A stretch of DNA of 64,000 nucleotides, from positions 4,333,268-4,397,267 of the forward strand of contig OZ220728.1 in NCBI GenBank assembly GCA_965116845.1, written 5' to 3'. Positions 26,550-35,383 of the stretch are shown here, one piece after another; position 1 is the first letter of the stretch; each line of letters starts with the position of its first letter. Under the pieces are notes generated by a model that was not told where the DNA came from, ran no database searches, and saw only the letters and a list, made by a program, of their open reading frames with translations. The stretch comes from Vicinamibacterales bacterium. Lineage in GTDB: Bacteria > Acidobacteriota > Vicinamibacteria > Vicinamibacterales > UBA8438. The position numbers and the translations under genes were made by a program.

Positions 26550-27215
26550 ATGAAGCGTCATCTGCCTTTCCTGTTCGCGTTGGCCGTCGCACTCGTGCTG
26601 CCGCCGGCCGCTGCGCACGCGCATTTCCAGTTGGTGGAACCGCCGCCCTGGATCGTAATGAACGCCCTCGGCGACCCGCAGAAGGTCGGACCGTGCGGCG
26701 GCAACCCCAACGGCGACAACAGCGAGATTCTGTCCGGCATCGTCACCGAGGTCACCGGCGGGACGGATCTGCATCTGAAGATCCAGGAGACGATCTTCCA
26801 CTCGGGCCACTACCGGGTCGCGCTCTCGGTGAACTCCCGCAACGAGCTGCCGGCGGATCCGACCGCGGTCGAGAAGTACACGGACCGGGGCCTCTATTCG
26901 GTCTGGGGCGTAATCCAGAGCCCGCCGCAGGTCCCGATCCTCGCCGACGGGCTGTTCCGGCACTACCCGGAGGGGGACCAGCGCGCGTCGTTCCGGCCCG
27001 AGACCCCGATGGATCCCTGGGAGGCCGACATCCCCATCCCGAACATCAACTGCGAGAAGTGCACGCTGCAGGTGATTCAGTTCATGGCCGACCACGTGTA
27101 CAACCAGCCGGGCGGCTACTCCTACCACCACTGCGCCGACCTCAAGATCACGGCGGACCCGTCGAAGCCCATCGACGACCGCTGGCCGGCGCCGGCGGAC
27201 ATGACCAACGACTGA
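26550..27215 (+). CDS. LPMO-like exported protein with N-terminal histidine (SCE4755-like family, from memory)
   Basis: ATG 26550 after GAGGAGG. Signal ends AAHA, so the mature protein begins HFQLVEPPPW. Also GDPQKVGPCGG, HSGHYRVAL and a C-terminal HHCADLKI. Confidence 0.7.
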   Translation: MKRHLPFLFALAVALVLPPAAAHAHFQLVEPPPWIVMNALGDPQKVGPCGGNPNGDNSEILSGIVTEVTGGTDLHLKIQETIFHSGHYRVALSVNSRNELPADPTAVEKYTDRGLYSVWGVIQSPPQVPILADGLFRHYPEGDQRASFRPETPMDPWEADIPIPNINCEKCTLQVIQFMADHVYNQPGGYSYHHCADLKITADPSKPIDDRWPAPADMTND

Positions 27216-27232
27216 CGGAGGTCGCGCTACTC

Positions 27233-27264
27233 GGGGCAGGCGCCGGGAGACCCGCGCCTGCCCC
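27233..27264 (+). terminator. strong GC hairpin 18 nt downstream of the LPMO-like gene
   Basis: GGGGCAGGCGC (27233-27243) pairs perfectly with GCGCCTGCCCC (27254-27264). The loop can pair further (GGG/CCC). No U-tract follows, so it is not a canonical intrinsic terminator. Confidence 0.5.
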
Positions 27265-27469
27265 CTGTCCCCCAGCGGCGCCGGGACACGCGCCCGCCGT
27301 CGTTGCCGGGTTGCGGGACGTCGATCCGGAACCCGGGAGCCTGCAGTCGCAAGACCCTCGCTGTCGGACTCCTTCTCGCGCCCGTTCTGCTCGTTCGCCG
27401 CCGGCGTCCGCGACCCGCGAATACCGCGATCCCAGGCAATCACCGTCGTCAGCGAATGTGGAGGTAGCG

Positions 27470-28261
27470 ATGAGAACGCGTCCGACGCACGCGGCCCTGG
27501 CCGGTCTGTTGCTGATTCTCGGCGCCCGCGACGCCGCGGCGCAGGAGGTCATGCGGTGGCAGGTGGACGGCGAGACGCGCGAAGCCATCGTCTACGCTCC
27601 CGCGTCATCGGGAGAGGAAGCGGCGCCGCTGGTGCTGGCATTCCATGGGTTCGGCGACAACGCGCAGAACTTTCAGTACACCGCGGTGCACGCCGCCTGG
27701 CCCGACGCGATCGTCGTGTACTTTCAGGGACTCGTGACGCGCCGCGGCCTCCCCGGCTGGCAGGTGGAACGCGGCGGCGACGACCGGGACCTCGAGCTCG
27801 TCGACGTGGCGCTCCGTTCGCTGCGTGAGACGTACCGCGTCGACGACGATCGCATCTACGCGACCGGCTATTCGAACGGCGGGATGTTCACCTACCTGCT
27901 GTGGGCGGAGCGGCCCGGGGTGTTTGCCGCGTATGCCCCGGTGGCGGCCCGTCTCCGTCCCTCGGTGCGGCCGACCGAGGCGCGACCCGTCCTGCACATC
28001 GGCGGGGAGCGTGATCGCGTGGTCCGCTTCTCGGATCAGCAGGCCGCGATCGCGATCGCCCTGGAGGTGAACGACCTGGATGGCGTGAATGACGTGAACG
28101 ACGGCGCCGGACCGACGCCGTGCGGAGCCGGCTGCACCGTGCACGGAGCCGGCACGGCCGCGCCGGTCATGACCTGGATCCACGGCGGCGCCCACATCTA
28201 CCCGCGCGGGACCAGCCAGCGAATCGTCTCTTTCTTTCGCGAGCACTCCCGCACGCGTTGA
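27470..28261 (+). CDS. exported alpha/beta-hydrolase esterase (PHB-depolymerase/LpqC-type family)
   Basis: ATG 27470 after GGAGG. Signal peptide. LVLAFHGFGDNAQNF and nucleophile elbow GYSNGG. Confidence 0.8.
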   Translation: MRTRPTHAALAGLLLILGARDAAAQEVMRWQVDGETREAIVYAPASSGEEAAPLVLAFHGFGDNAQNFQYTAVHAAWPDAIVVYFQGLVTRRGLPGWQVERGGDDRDLELVDVALRSLRETYRVDDDRIYATGYSNGGMFTYLLWAERPGVFAAYAPVAARLRPSVRPTEARPVLHIGGERDRVVRFSDQQAAIAIALEVNDLDGVNDVNDGAGPTPCGAGCTVHGAGTAAPVMTWIHGGAHIYPRGTSQRIVSFFREHSRTR

Positions 28262-28265
28262 TCGC

Positions 28266-29264
28266 GTGTCCCCAGAACCCGCCGCCCTTCGGCACCCGGC
28301 GCCGCCGCCCATGATCCGCGAGCCGATCACCGGCCCGCGGGCCTGGACCCGGCGCACGATTCGCGAGAGCGACTGGCGGATCGCAATCCCCTCGAGTTGT
28401 CTCGACGAAATCGAGCAGCTCGCCCGCGCGCTGCAGCGCGACCCGGTGCCGACCTGCCTGCTCGACCCCGCGGACTACGAGCTCGACGCGTGCCGCGACC
28501 TGCTCGGCGAGGTGCGCCGGCGCCTGGAGGAAGGCCCCGGCGTCGTCGTGGTGGACCGGATCCCGATCGAGGAGTTGCCGGACCGCCCGCAGATCGAGGC
28601 CGTGTTCTGGCTGCTCGCGAGCATGGTCGGCCGCCCCGTGGTCCAGACCCTCGATGGCCGAATCCTTGCGGAAGTGACCGACACCGGAGTGAAGAAGCGG
28701 ATCGGGGTCCGCGGATTCCGCACTAACGTCGCCCAGCCGCCGCACGTCGACAACTCCTTCAACCGCACGCCGCCGGACCATGTCAGTCTGCTTTGCCTCC
28801 GCTCGGCCCGCGAGGGTGGGGCGAGCCGCTTCGTGAGCTTCTGCTCCGTCCACAACGTACTGCTCGCGGAGCACGCGCGGCTGCTCGAACGCCTCTACCG
28901 CCCCTTCCATCAGGACCGGCAGGGCGACTACTGGCCGAACGAACCGCAGACCGTCTTCTTCCCCGTCTTCGAGCTGCAGCCCGACCTCCGCTGCCGCTAC
29001 ACGCACTTCACCATCCCGGCCGGCTACGCGACGGCGGGGGTCGAAATGGACCCGGAGACGCGGGCCGCGTTCGAGACGATGACCCGCATCGTGCAGGACC
29101 CGGCCCTGTGCTGCGAGTTCACGCTCCGGCCGGGCGAGCTGCAGTTCGTCAACAACCGCTGGTGCGGCCACGGACGGACCGCCTACGTCGACGATCCGGA
29201 ACGCAGGCGCCTCATGCTGCGGCTCTGGCACCGGGACGGTGGCTCGCGCCGCTATCGCGGCTGA
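28266..29264 (+). CDS. TauD/TfdA-family Fe(II)/2-oxoglutarate dioxygenase
   Basis: PPHVDNSF (HxD) and C-terminal NNRWCGHGRTAY. GTG 28266 lies 4 nt after the esterase stop; an alternative ATG is at 28311. Confidence 0.8.
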   Translation: MSPEPAALRHPAPPPMIREPITGPRAWTRRTIRESDWRIAIPSSCLDEIEQLARALQRDPVPTCLLDPADYELDACRDLLGEVRRRLEEGPGVVVVDRIPIEELPDRPQIEAVFWLLASMVGRPVVQTLDGRILAEVTDTGVKKRIGVRGFRTNVAQPPHVDNSFNRTPPDHVSLLCLRSAREGGASRFVSFCSVHNVLLAEHARLLERLYRPFHQDRQGDYWPNEPQTVFFPVFELQPDLRCRYTHFTIPAGYATAGVEMDPETRAAFETMTRIVQDPALCCEFTLRPGELQFVNNRWCGHGRTAYVDDPERRRLMLRLWHRDGGSRRYRG

Positions 29265-29309
29265 GCGGGCCCGGTCGGTCCTGTCTTCCCTTCGCCGAAT
29301 CGCCGAAGG

Positions 29310-30242
29310 CTACCTGTCGATGCGCCGGTCGGGGAAGGCGTGCAGCGCAACGTCCGGCCGCGGCACGCGGACCGTGACGAGATCTGCCGGCGGATCGGGG
29401 CGCTCGTAGGCGACGACGTAGAGATGGGAAGCCTCGTCGTAATGGGCCCCGATGTCCGATGCGAGCTTCGCCATCGCGTCCGCCATCCGGTTGGCGACCA
29501 CCACGGCTGCATAGCGGCCCGCGGTGTTCTGGGCAAGGTCGACCGCGAAATCGACTGCCGAGTCGGGTCGGTTGCGCCCCGCCGCGGACCACTGCACGGC
29601 GTGCACCGTCACGCCGGCCGCCCGGAGTCCGTTGACGAAGCGCCGGTAGCGGCGGCTGTTCGCGAACGCGTGCCAGTCGGGCAGGAACGCGCTCGCCTCG
29701 GGCCCATCGCCGAGCAGCGAGACGAACACGGGCCATGCTTCGTCGCCCTCGTACCGTCGATCGAGCGTCTCCCGGATGCCGTCGACGAACCGGACGCCGC
29801 CCACCTCGTCGGCGAAGAGGGCGCGCCCCGCATCGACGAGCTCCCGCCGATCCGTCGTGAAGTCGACGCGGCGACGCACCTGGCCCCCGATCGTGATCAG
29901 GCTGACGGCGTGCTGCGGCGGCAGCGCCTCGAGAAACGCGGCGACCGCGTCGCGCAAGGGAACGACCGCGTGGCCGGCCCGCATCGCTGCGCCGTTGTCG
30001 ACGAGCAAGGCGATCTTCATCGGCTCCCGAGCGCTCCGGACCGCGAGGACTCTCGCTTCCTTCCCGCCCTCGGTCACCCGGAACGCGCCCGGATCGAGAT
30101 CCGTGACCGGCTGCCCGGCCGGGTCGGTGGCCTCGACGTAGGCCACCCGAACATCCTGCGCCGAGGCGGCTCCCGCGACGACCCCCGCGCCGAACGAGGC
30201 GACAAGGGCAACGGCCGCGATGCGGATGCGAGGTCCAGCCAT
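29310..30242 (-). CDS. exported VWA domain-containing protein
   Basis: ATG 30242 after GAAGGAGGG. Signal peptide. MKIALLVDNGAAM (MIDAS-like start). Overall VWA-like pattern. Confidence 0.7.
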   Translation of the reverse strand: MAGPRIRIAAVALVASFGAGVVAGAASAQDVRVAYVEATDPAGQPVTDLDPGAFRVTEGGKEARVLAVRSAREPMKIALLVDNGAAMRAGHAVVPLRDAVAAFLEALPPQHAVSLITIGGQVRRRVDFTTDRRELVDAGRALFADEVGGVRFVDGIRETLDRRYEGDEAWPVFVSLLGDGPEASAFLPDWHAFANSRRYRRFVNGLRAAGVTVHAVQWSAAGRNRPDSAVDFAVDLAQNTAGRYAAVVVANRMADAMAKLASDIGAHYDEASHLYVVAYERPDPPADLVTVRVPRPDVALHAFPDRRIDR

Positions 30243-30383
30243 GACCGACCCTCCTTCTCCGGCGGTGCACCGGGGCCGCGAAGTTCCGGGGAGCCGGCCC
30301 GGCCGGAGATCCGGAACCGAAATCACTCCCATCGGTCAGTGTATGCCGGCGGCAAGTCACGTACGATAGGGTGGGAGAAGTTC

Positions 30384-30530
30384 ATGAGCACATTCGGATT
30401 GATGGGGATGGTGTTCGGCACGGCCGGGCTCATTCTCGGCACGATGGGTCTCATCTTCGGCGTTACCGCCATCCGGAAGATCAAAGAACTGGAAGCCCGC
30501 CTGGCCGAGGAGGCTCCGCGGCGGGACTGA
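30384..30530 (+). CDS. small membrane protein (48 aa)
   Basis: ATG after GGGAG. Gly-zipper-like hydrophobic segment FGLMGMVFGTAGLILGTMGLIFGV followed by a charged tail. Confidence 0.45.
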   Translation: MSTFGLMGMVFGTAGLILGTMGLIFGVTAIRKIKELEARLAEEAPRRD

Positions 30531-30542
30531 ACCCGCGCCGAC

Positions 30543-31268
30543 TCACGGGTGGCGCATGCGTCGATAGACCAGCGCGTTGCCGCGTTTGCCGCAGACCTCG
30601 CTGACGCCCCCTTCGCGGAAGCAGAACGCCGCCTGCCCGGCCAGCCGACGCGGCGACCGCATGGCCGCCGCGAGGTCGTCGGTGGTGAACCGCTCGGGCA
30701 ACTCGGCGTCGAGCATCGCGAAGAGATCCGCCATCGATTCGATGCAGCACGTTGCGGCAACGTCCACCAGCCGACGGTCCACGCGGACCCAGGCGTAGCG
30801 CCAGCGGCTGCGGCCCTCGTTGACCGCGCGAACCTCCTCTTCGACCGTGAGCAGGACCTCCAGGGTGAGGTTGGGGTGCGCGAGCAGCGCGGGGATGCTG
30901 ACGAGGGCCGAGAAGACCTCGAACACCGATCCGTGCTTGGGCGACTTGCGCCGCTTCGCGGGTGCGAGCGGGTCGGTCGACGCCTTGACGATGTACCGGT
31001 CCCGGGCGATGGGGTGCACCAGCGTGACCCGATGCCGCGCGAGCAGGCGCGGCAGCTTCCGCTTGAGCGGCGCGAAGCCGCCCGTGTGGACCTCGACGAT
31101 CCGGTCGCCGACGACCACATCGGCAACGAACCCGTCGATCGTCTGCTCGGTCGCGTTGCCGCCGGCGGCATAGCGGACCTTCAGTGCGCGATGCAGCGAG
31201 CGCTCGTTGAGCTCGCCGATGGAGTTGGTCCTGGCCAAGCGCCGCTGCTCGTCCTTCCCGTGGCACAT
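30543..31268 (-). CDS. conserved hypothetical protein, possible PD-(D/E)xK nuclease-like N-terminal core
   Basis: ATG 31268. ELNERSLHRALK ... IDGFVADVVVGDRIVEVHTGGFAPLKRKL matches a widespread uncharacterised family as I recall it. The nuclease fold is inference only. Confidence 0.55.
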   Translation of the reverse strand: MCHGKDEQRRLARTNSIGELNERSLHRALKVRYAAGGNATEQTIDGFVADVVVGDRIVEVHTGGFAPLKRKLPRLLARHRVTLVHPIARDRYIVKASTDPLAPAKRRKSPKHGSVFEVFSALVSIPALLAHPNLTLEVLLTVEEEVRAVNEGRSRWRYAWVRVDRRLVDVAATCCIESMADLFAMLDAELPERFTTDDLAAAMRSPRRLAGQAAFCFREGGVSEVCGKRGNALVYRRMRHP

Positions 31269-31384
31269 TGTAGCGGCGGTTGGCGGGGCGCCAGCGCGTC
31301 TACTCGGAGCGAAGGACTCCGGGGACTGGGACGACATCCGGTAGGATCCGGACTCGCGGGGCTCGACCACGAAGGAGAGACACC

Positions 31385-31813
31385 ATGTCCGACGGCAGTG
31401 GCGTCCTGGCGATGCAGGACCTGACCGAGAGCGAGCGATCGCTGTTCCTGGCCGATCTCAACAACCGGCGGAAGGACACGACGGTGGCGGTCCTGCTGTG
31501 TCTCTTCCTGGGCGGGCTGGGTGCGCACCGTTTCTACCTGGGGCAGAACCTGCTGGGCTTCCTCTACGTGTGTTGCATCATTCCGTACTGGATCGTCTCG
31601 ATGTTGCTGTTCTTCGGCATTCCGCTGATCTTCCCGTTCTTCGTCCTGGTCATCGAGGCCTTTCTCGTCGGCGGTCGCGTACGCAGCTACAACGAGAACG
31701 CCGCCAACCAGATCGCGTCGAAGCTGAAGGCGCTGCGGAAGGGCGCCGACTCCCCGCGAACGCTCGACCCGGCACCGGAGGGCACGGCCGGCGCCCATGA
31801 GGCTGCGCCGTAG
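31385..31813 (+). CDS. TM2 domain-containing membrane protein
   Basis: ATG after GGAGAG. VAVLLCLFLGGLGAHRFYLGQ is the TM2 signature. Confidence 0.8.
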   Translation: MSDGSGVLAMQDLTESERSLFLADLNNRRKDTTVAVLLCLFLGGLGAHRFYLGQNLLGFLYVCCIIPYWIVSMLLFFGIPLIFPFFVLVIEAFLVGGRVRSYNENAANQIASKLKALRKGADSPRTLDPAPEGTAGAHEAAP

Positions 31814-31879
31814 CACGGTGCAGACGCCTGGCAGGCATGGCTGGGCGCCGAGCGGAGCCGCTGGCGACGATTGGCGGGC
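31799..31879. repeat. direct repeat copy A (about 81 bp) spanning the TM2 gene stop
   Basis: Hand alignment with 36863-36943 gives about 70 identical of 82 columns. It includes identical blocks GAGGCTGCGCCGT, AGGCATGGCTGGGCGC and GGCGACGATTGGCGGGC. Confidence 0.85.
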
Positions 31880-32008
31880 CAGGCGGACGGGCGAAGCGCC
31901 CACGCCCCACCGCCGTTCTCACCCGCCGTTGACGCTGCGACGGCGCGTCCTCTAAGGTGCGTTGCTGAGGCCCGGCGCCGCGTTCCGCTTCCAGGGGGTT
32001 TGAGACGC

Positions 32009-35000
32009 ATGCGTATCGTCCCTCGCTCCACGAGCACCTTTCGGCACGGCGCCTGGCTGGTTGCGCTGTCGGCCGTCGTGGCCTGCTCCACCTGGGGCCT
32101 CCTCGCCCAGAACGCGGCCCCCGAGCCCGAGCCTCTTCCCGAGACGGTTCGCTTCAACCGCGACATCCGCCCGATCCTCTCGGACAAGTGCTACACGTGC
32201 CACGGCCCCGATTCCGGCACCCGGCGGGCGGGGCTGCGCCTCGACGACGCCGACTCCGTCCGCAAGGCGGCGACCCGCACCACGCCGGCGCAGGGCGCGC
32301 TGGCCGTAATTGCGCCTGGCGACCCGGGCGGCAGCGTCCTGATGCACCGCATCACCGCGACCGATCCCCAACGGCGCATGCCCTTCCGCGAGGAGCCGCT
32401 CGAGCCCCGCGAGGTGGCGCTGATCACCCGCTGGATCGAGCAAGGCGCGCAGTACGAGCCGCACTGGTCGTTCATCCCGCCCGTGCGGTCCGCTCCGCCG
32501 GCAGTGCGCGATGCGGCGTGGCCCCGCAACGCGATTGACGCGTTCGTCCTCGACCGCCTGGAGCACGAGGGGCTGCGCCCGTCTCCGGAAGCCGACCGCG
32601 CAACGCTCCTGCGGCGGGTAACGCTCGACCTGACCGGCCTGCCGCCGACCCCCGGCGAGGTGGCGGCGTTCCTGGGCGACGACTCGCCGGACGCCTACGA
32701 GAAGGCCGTCGACCGACTGCTGGCATCGCCCCGCTACGGCGAGCGGATGGCGGCATCCTGGCTGGCCGCGGCCCGCTTCGCGGACTCGTCCGGGTACTTC
32801 GCCGACCAGCGCCGCGATATGTCCCGCTGGCGCGACTGGGTCATCGACGCCTTCAACCGCAACCTGCCCTTCGACCGGTTCACCATCGAGCAGATTGCCG
32901 GCGACCTGCTGCCGGACGCGACGCTCGACCAGCGCATTGCCACCGGGTTCAACCGCAACCACCGCATGAACTCCGAGATGGGCATCATCCCGGAGGAGTT
33001 CTTCGTCGAGAACGTCGTCGACCGCGTCTCGACGACCGGCACCGTCTGGATGGGACTGACCGTGGGCTGCGCCCGCTGCCACGACCACAAGTTCGACCCG
33101 CTCCAGCAGGAGGAGTTCTACCAGCTCTTCGCCTACTTCAACAGCATCGCCGAGTCGGGCATCGGGCAGAAGACCGGCAACTCGCCGCCGCTGGTCTACG
33201 CCCCGACGCCGGAGCAGCAGGAAGAGCTGCGGGCAATCGAGAATCGCATCGCGGCTGCCGAGGCGCAGCTCGCAGAACTGCAGCCGGTAATCGAAGAAGC
33301 GCAGCGAGCGTGGGAGCAGTCGCTGGGCGACGCCGATCCGATCGTGGGATCCCCTGACGAGGGCCTGACGGCCCACTTCCCGCTGGCGTCCGCCAGGGAG
33401 CGCCGCTTCGACGGCCGGCGCTACGTGGACGGCGGCTCGGCCGGCCGCCGTGGTCCGAAGACGCTCGACGCCTACCTGCAGGATCCCGACGACAACGCTT
33501 TCGACGGGGTCTACGGCGGCGGGCGGGCGATGACTCTCGCGGCCTGGATCGAGCCGGAGGCGCCCAGCGGCCCCGTCATCACGCGCACGCTCCTCGACAC
33601 GCCGCGGGGGCAGGGCTTCAGCCTGCTGCTTGTCGACGGCAAGCTGCAGCTCAACCTCGTCGGCGGCAACACCGGCCTCTGGATGGACAACGACTCGGGA
33701 CACGTCGAGACGGCGGAGCCCCTGGCCCTGGACGGCCCGCGTCACGTGGCGGCGACCTACGACGGCTCGCGGCAGATCGAGGGCATCACCCTCTACTTGG
33801 ACGGCGCGCCGCAGAGGCTCGCCGTGCTCTTCAACGGCCTCGGTCCGCAGGACCCGACCGAGCATCCGCTTCGCATCGGCGCTGGCGGAAGCCCCGCACG
33901 CTTCCGGGGATCGATCTGGGACGTCCGCGCGTACGACCGGGCCCTGCCGGCGGAGCGGATCGCCGCGCTTGCGGAGACCGCTTCCCTCGGGGAGATCGCG
34001 GCGCTTCCCCCCGCGGAGCGGACGCCGCGGCAGGCGCGCAAGATCGATTCGTACTTTCTCGCCCACCAGGCCAACGATCGGATCGACGCGGTTCGCATCG
34101 AGGCGCGGCGGCGCGAACGACCCGGCGTGACGCCGCCACGCTACCCGAAGCCGGACGTCACGGTGGGCAAGCTCCTGGACGAGCTGAGAGCCGCCCGACG
34201 GGAACGCGCCGCGCTCCGCAACACCTTCCCGACCGTGATGGTGATGCAGGAGCTGCCGGAGCCGCGCGACGCCCACCTGCTGGTCCGCGGCAACTACGAC
34301 CGGCCCGGCAAGCGGGTGGCGCGCGCGACGCCCGCGTGGCTGCCGCCGCTGCCGGAAGGCGCCCCCAACAACCGGCTCGGCCTGGCCCTGTGGCTGGTCG
34401 ACCCGTCGCATCCCCTGACGGCGCGGATCGCGGTGAACCGCTACTGGCAGATGCTCTTCGGCACCGGGCTCGTGAAGAGCGCCGACAACTTCGGCTCGCA
34501 GGGCGATTTGCCCTCGCATCCGGCGCTGCTCGACTGGCTGGCCACCGAGTTCGTGAGGACCGGCTGGGACCTGAAGGCGATGCAGAGGCTCCTCGTCACC
34601 AGCGCGACCTACCGCCAGGCGTCGACCGTCACGCCGGAGCTGCTCGAGCGAGACGAGGACAACCGGCTGCTGGCGCGCGGGCCGCGCTACCGCCTGCCGG
34701 CCGAGATGCTGCGCGACCAGCTTCTGGCCGTCTCCGGTCTGCTCGTCGAGAAGATCGGCGGTCCGTCCGTGAAGCCGTACCAGCCCGACGGGCTGTGGGC
34801 GAGCCAGTTCGGCACCTACGAGCAGGCAGAGGGCGACGACCTCTACCGGCGCAGCCTCTACACCTACGTGCGGCGCAGCGTGCTGCCGCCGGCGATGTCG
34901 CTCTTCGACGTCACCGACCGGGACAACCCGCACGTCGGAACCGACCCGACGAACACGCCGCTCCAGGCGCTGAACCTGATGAACGACGTGACCGCTCTCG

Positions 35001-35302
35001 AGGCCGCGCGGATGCTCGCGGAGCGGATGCTCACGGAGGGCGGCCCGGCGGCCGCGGACCGGTTGGGCTTCGCCTTCCGGATGGCTACCGCCCGGCGACC
35101 CTCCGAGGCCGAGCTCGAGGTACTCCGGAACAGCCTCGCGGCGTTCGGCGAACGGTACGGGAACGACCCGGAGGCGGCGCTCGAGCTTCTGAGTCACGGC
35201 GAACACCCGCGGAACGAGGGCCTCGACGTCGCCGAGCTGGCCGCGCACGCCGCGGTTGCGAGTCTGATCCTCAACCTCGACGAGGTCCTGACGCAGCACT
35301 GA
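32009..35302 (+). CDS. PSD1-type protein: planctomycete cytochrome C domain + DUF1549 + LamG-like + DUF1553
   Basis: ATG 32009 with a signal peptide. DKCYTCHGPDSGTRRAGLRLD, AIDAFVLDRLEHEGLRPSPEADRATLLRRVTLDLTGLPPTP, CARCHDHKFDP, NRYWQMLFGTGLV. Confidence 0.9.
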   Translation: MRIVPRSTSTFRHGAWLVALSAVVACSTWGLLAQNAAPEPEPLPETVRFNRDIRPILSDKCYTCHGPDSGTRRAGLRLDDADSVRKAATRTTPAQGALAVIAPGDPGGSVLMHRITATDPQRRMPFREEPLEPREVALITRWIEQGAQYEPHWSFIPPVRSAPPAVRDAAWPRNAIDAFVLDRLEHEGLRPSPEADRATLLRRVTLDLTGLPPTPGEVAAFLGDDSPDAYEKAVDRLLASPRYGERMAASWLAAARFADSSGYFADQRRDMSRWRDWVIDAFNRNLPFDRFTIEQIAGDLLPDATLDQRIATGFNRNHRMNSEMGIIPEEFFVENVVDRVSTTGTVWMGLTVGCARCHDHKFDPLQQEEFYQLFAYFNSIAESGIGQKTGNSPPLVYAPTPEQQEELRAIENRIAAAEAQLAELQPVIEEAQRAWEQSLGDADPIVGSPDEGLTAHFPLASARERRFDGRRYVDGGSAGRRGPKTLDAYLQDPDDNAFDGVYGGGRAMTLAAWIEPEAPSGPVITRTLLDTPRGQGFSLLLVDGKLQLNLVGGNTGLWMDNDSGHVETAEPLALDGPRHVAATYDGSRQIEGITLYLDGAPQRLAVLFNGLGPQDPTEHPLRIGAGGSPARFRGSIWDVRAYDRALPAERIAALAETASLGEIAALPPAERTPRQARKIDSYFLAHQANDRIDAVRIEARRRERPGVTPPRYPKPDVTVGKLLDELRAARRERAALRNTFPTVMVMQELPEPRDAHLLVRGNYDRPGKRVARATPAWLPPLPEGAPNNRLGLALWLVDPSHPLTARIAVNRYWQMLFGTGLVKSADNFGSQGDLPSHPALLDWLATEFVRTGWDLKAMQRLLVTSATYRQASTVTPELLERDEDNRLLARGPRYRLPAEMLRDQLLAVSGLLVEKIGGPSVKPYQPDGLWASQFGTYEQAEGDDLYRRSLYTYVRRSVLPPAMSLFDVTDRDNPHVGTDPTNTPLQALNLMNDVTALEAARMLAERMLTEGGPAAADRLGFAFRMATARRPSEAELEVLRNSLAAFGERYGNDPEAALELLSHGEHPRNEGLDVAELAAHAAVASLILNLDEVLTQH

Positions 35303-35383
35303 GAGTCTCGCGCCGGGGGGCACCGCAAGCTCCGGGCCGGGCACGGCGGAGTCGACCGACCAGAGCGAAGGGATGACAGCGAG

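Noticed and set aside
31837-31932. A 31-codon ORF (MAGRRAEPLATIGGPGGRAKRPRPTAVLTRR) starting at the ATG inside repeat copy A.
   Set aside because: The similarity to the methyltransferase start is at nucleotide level, with a 1-nt indel that changes the frame. The peptide is Arg/Pro-rich. It is best explained as a relic of the duplicated junction, not a gene.
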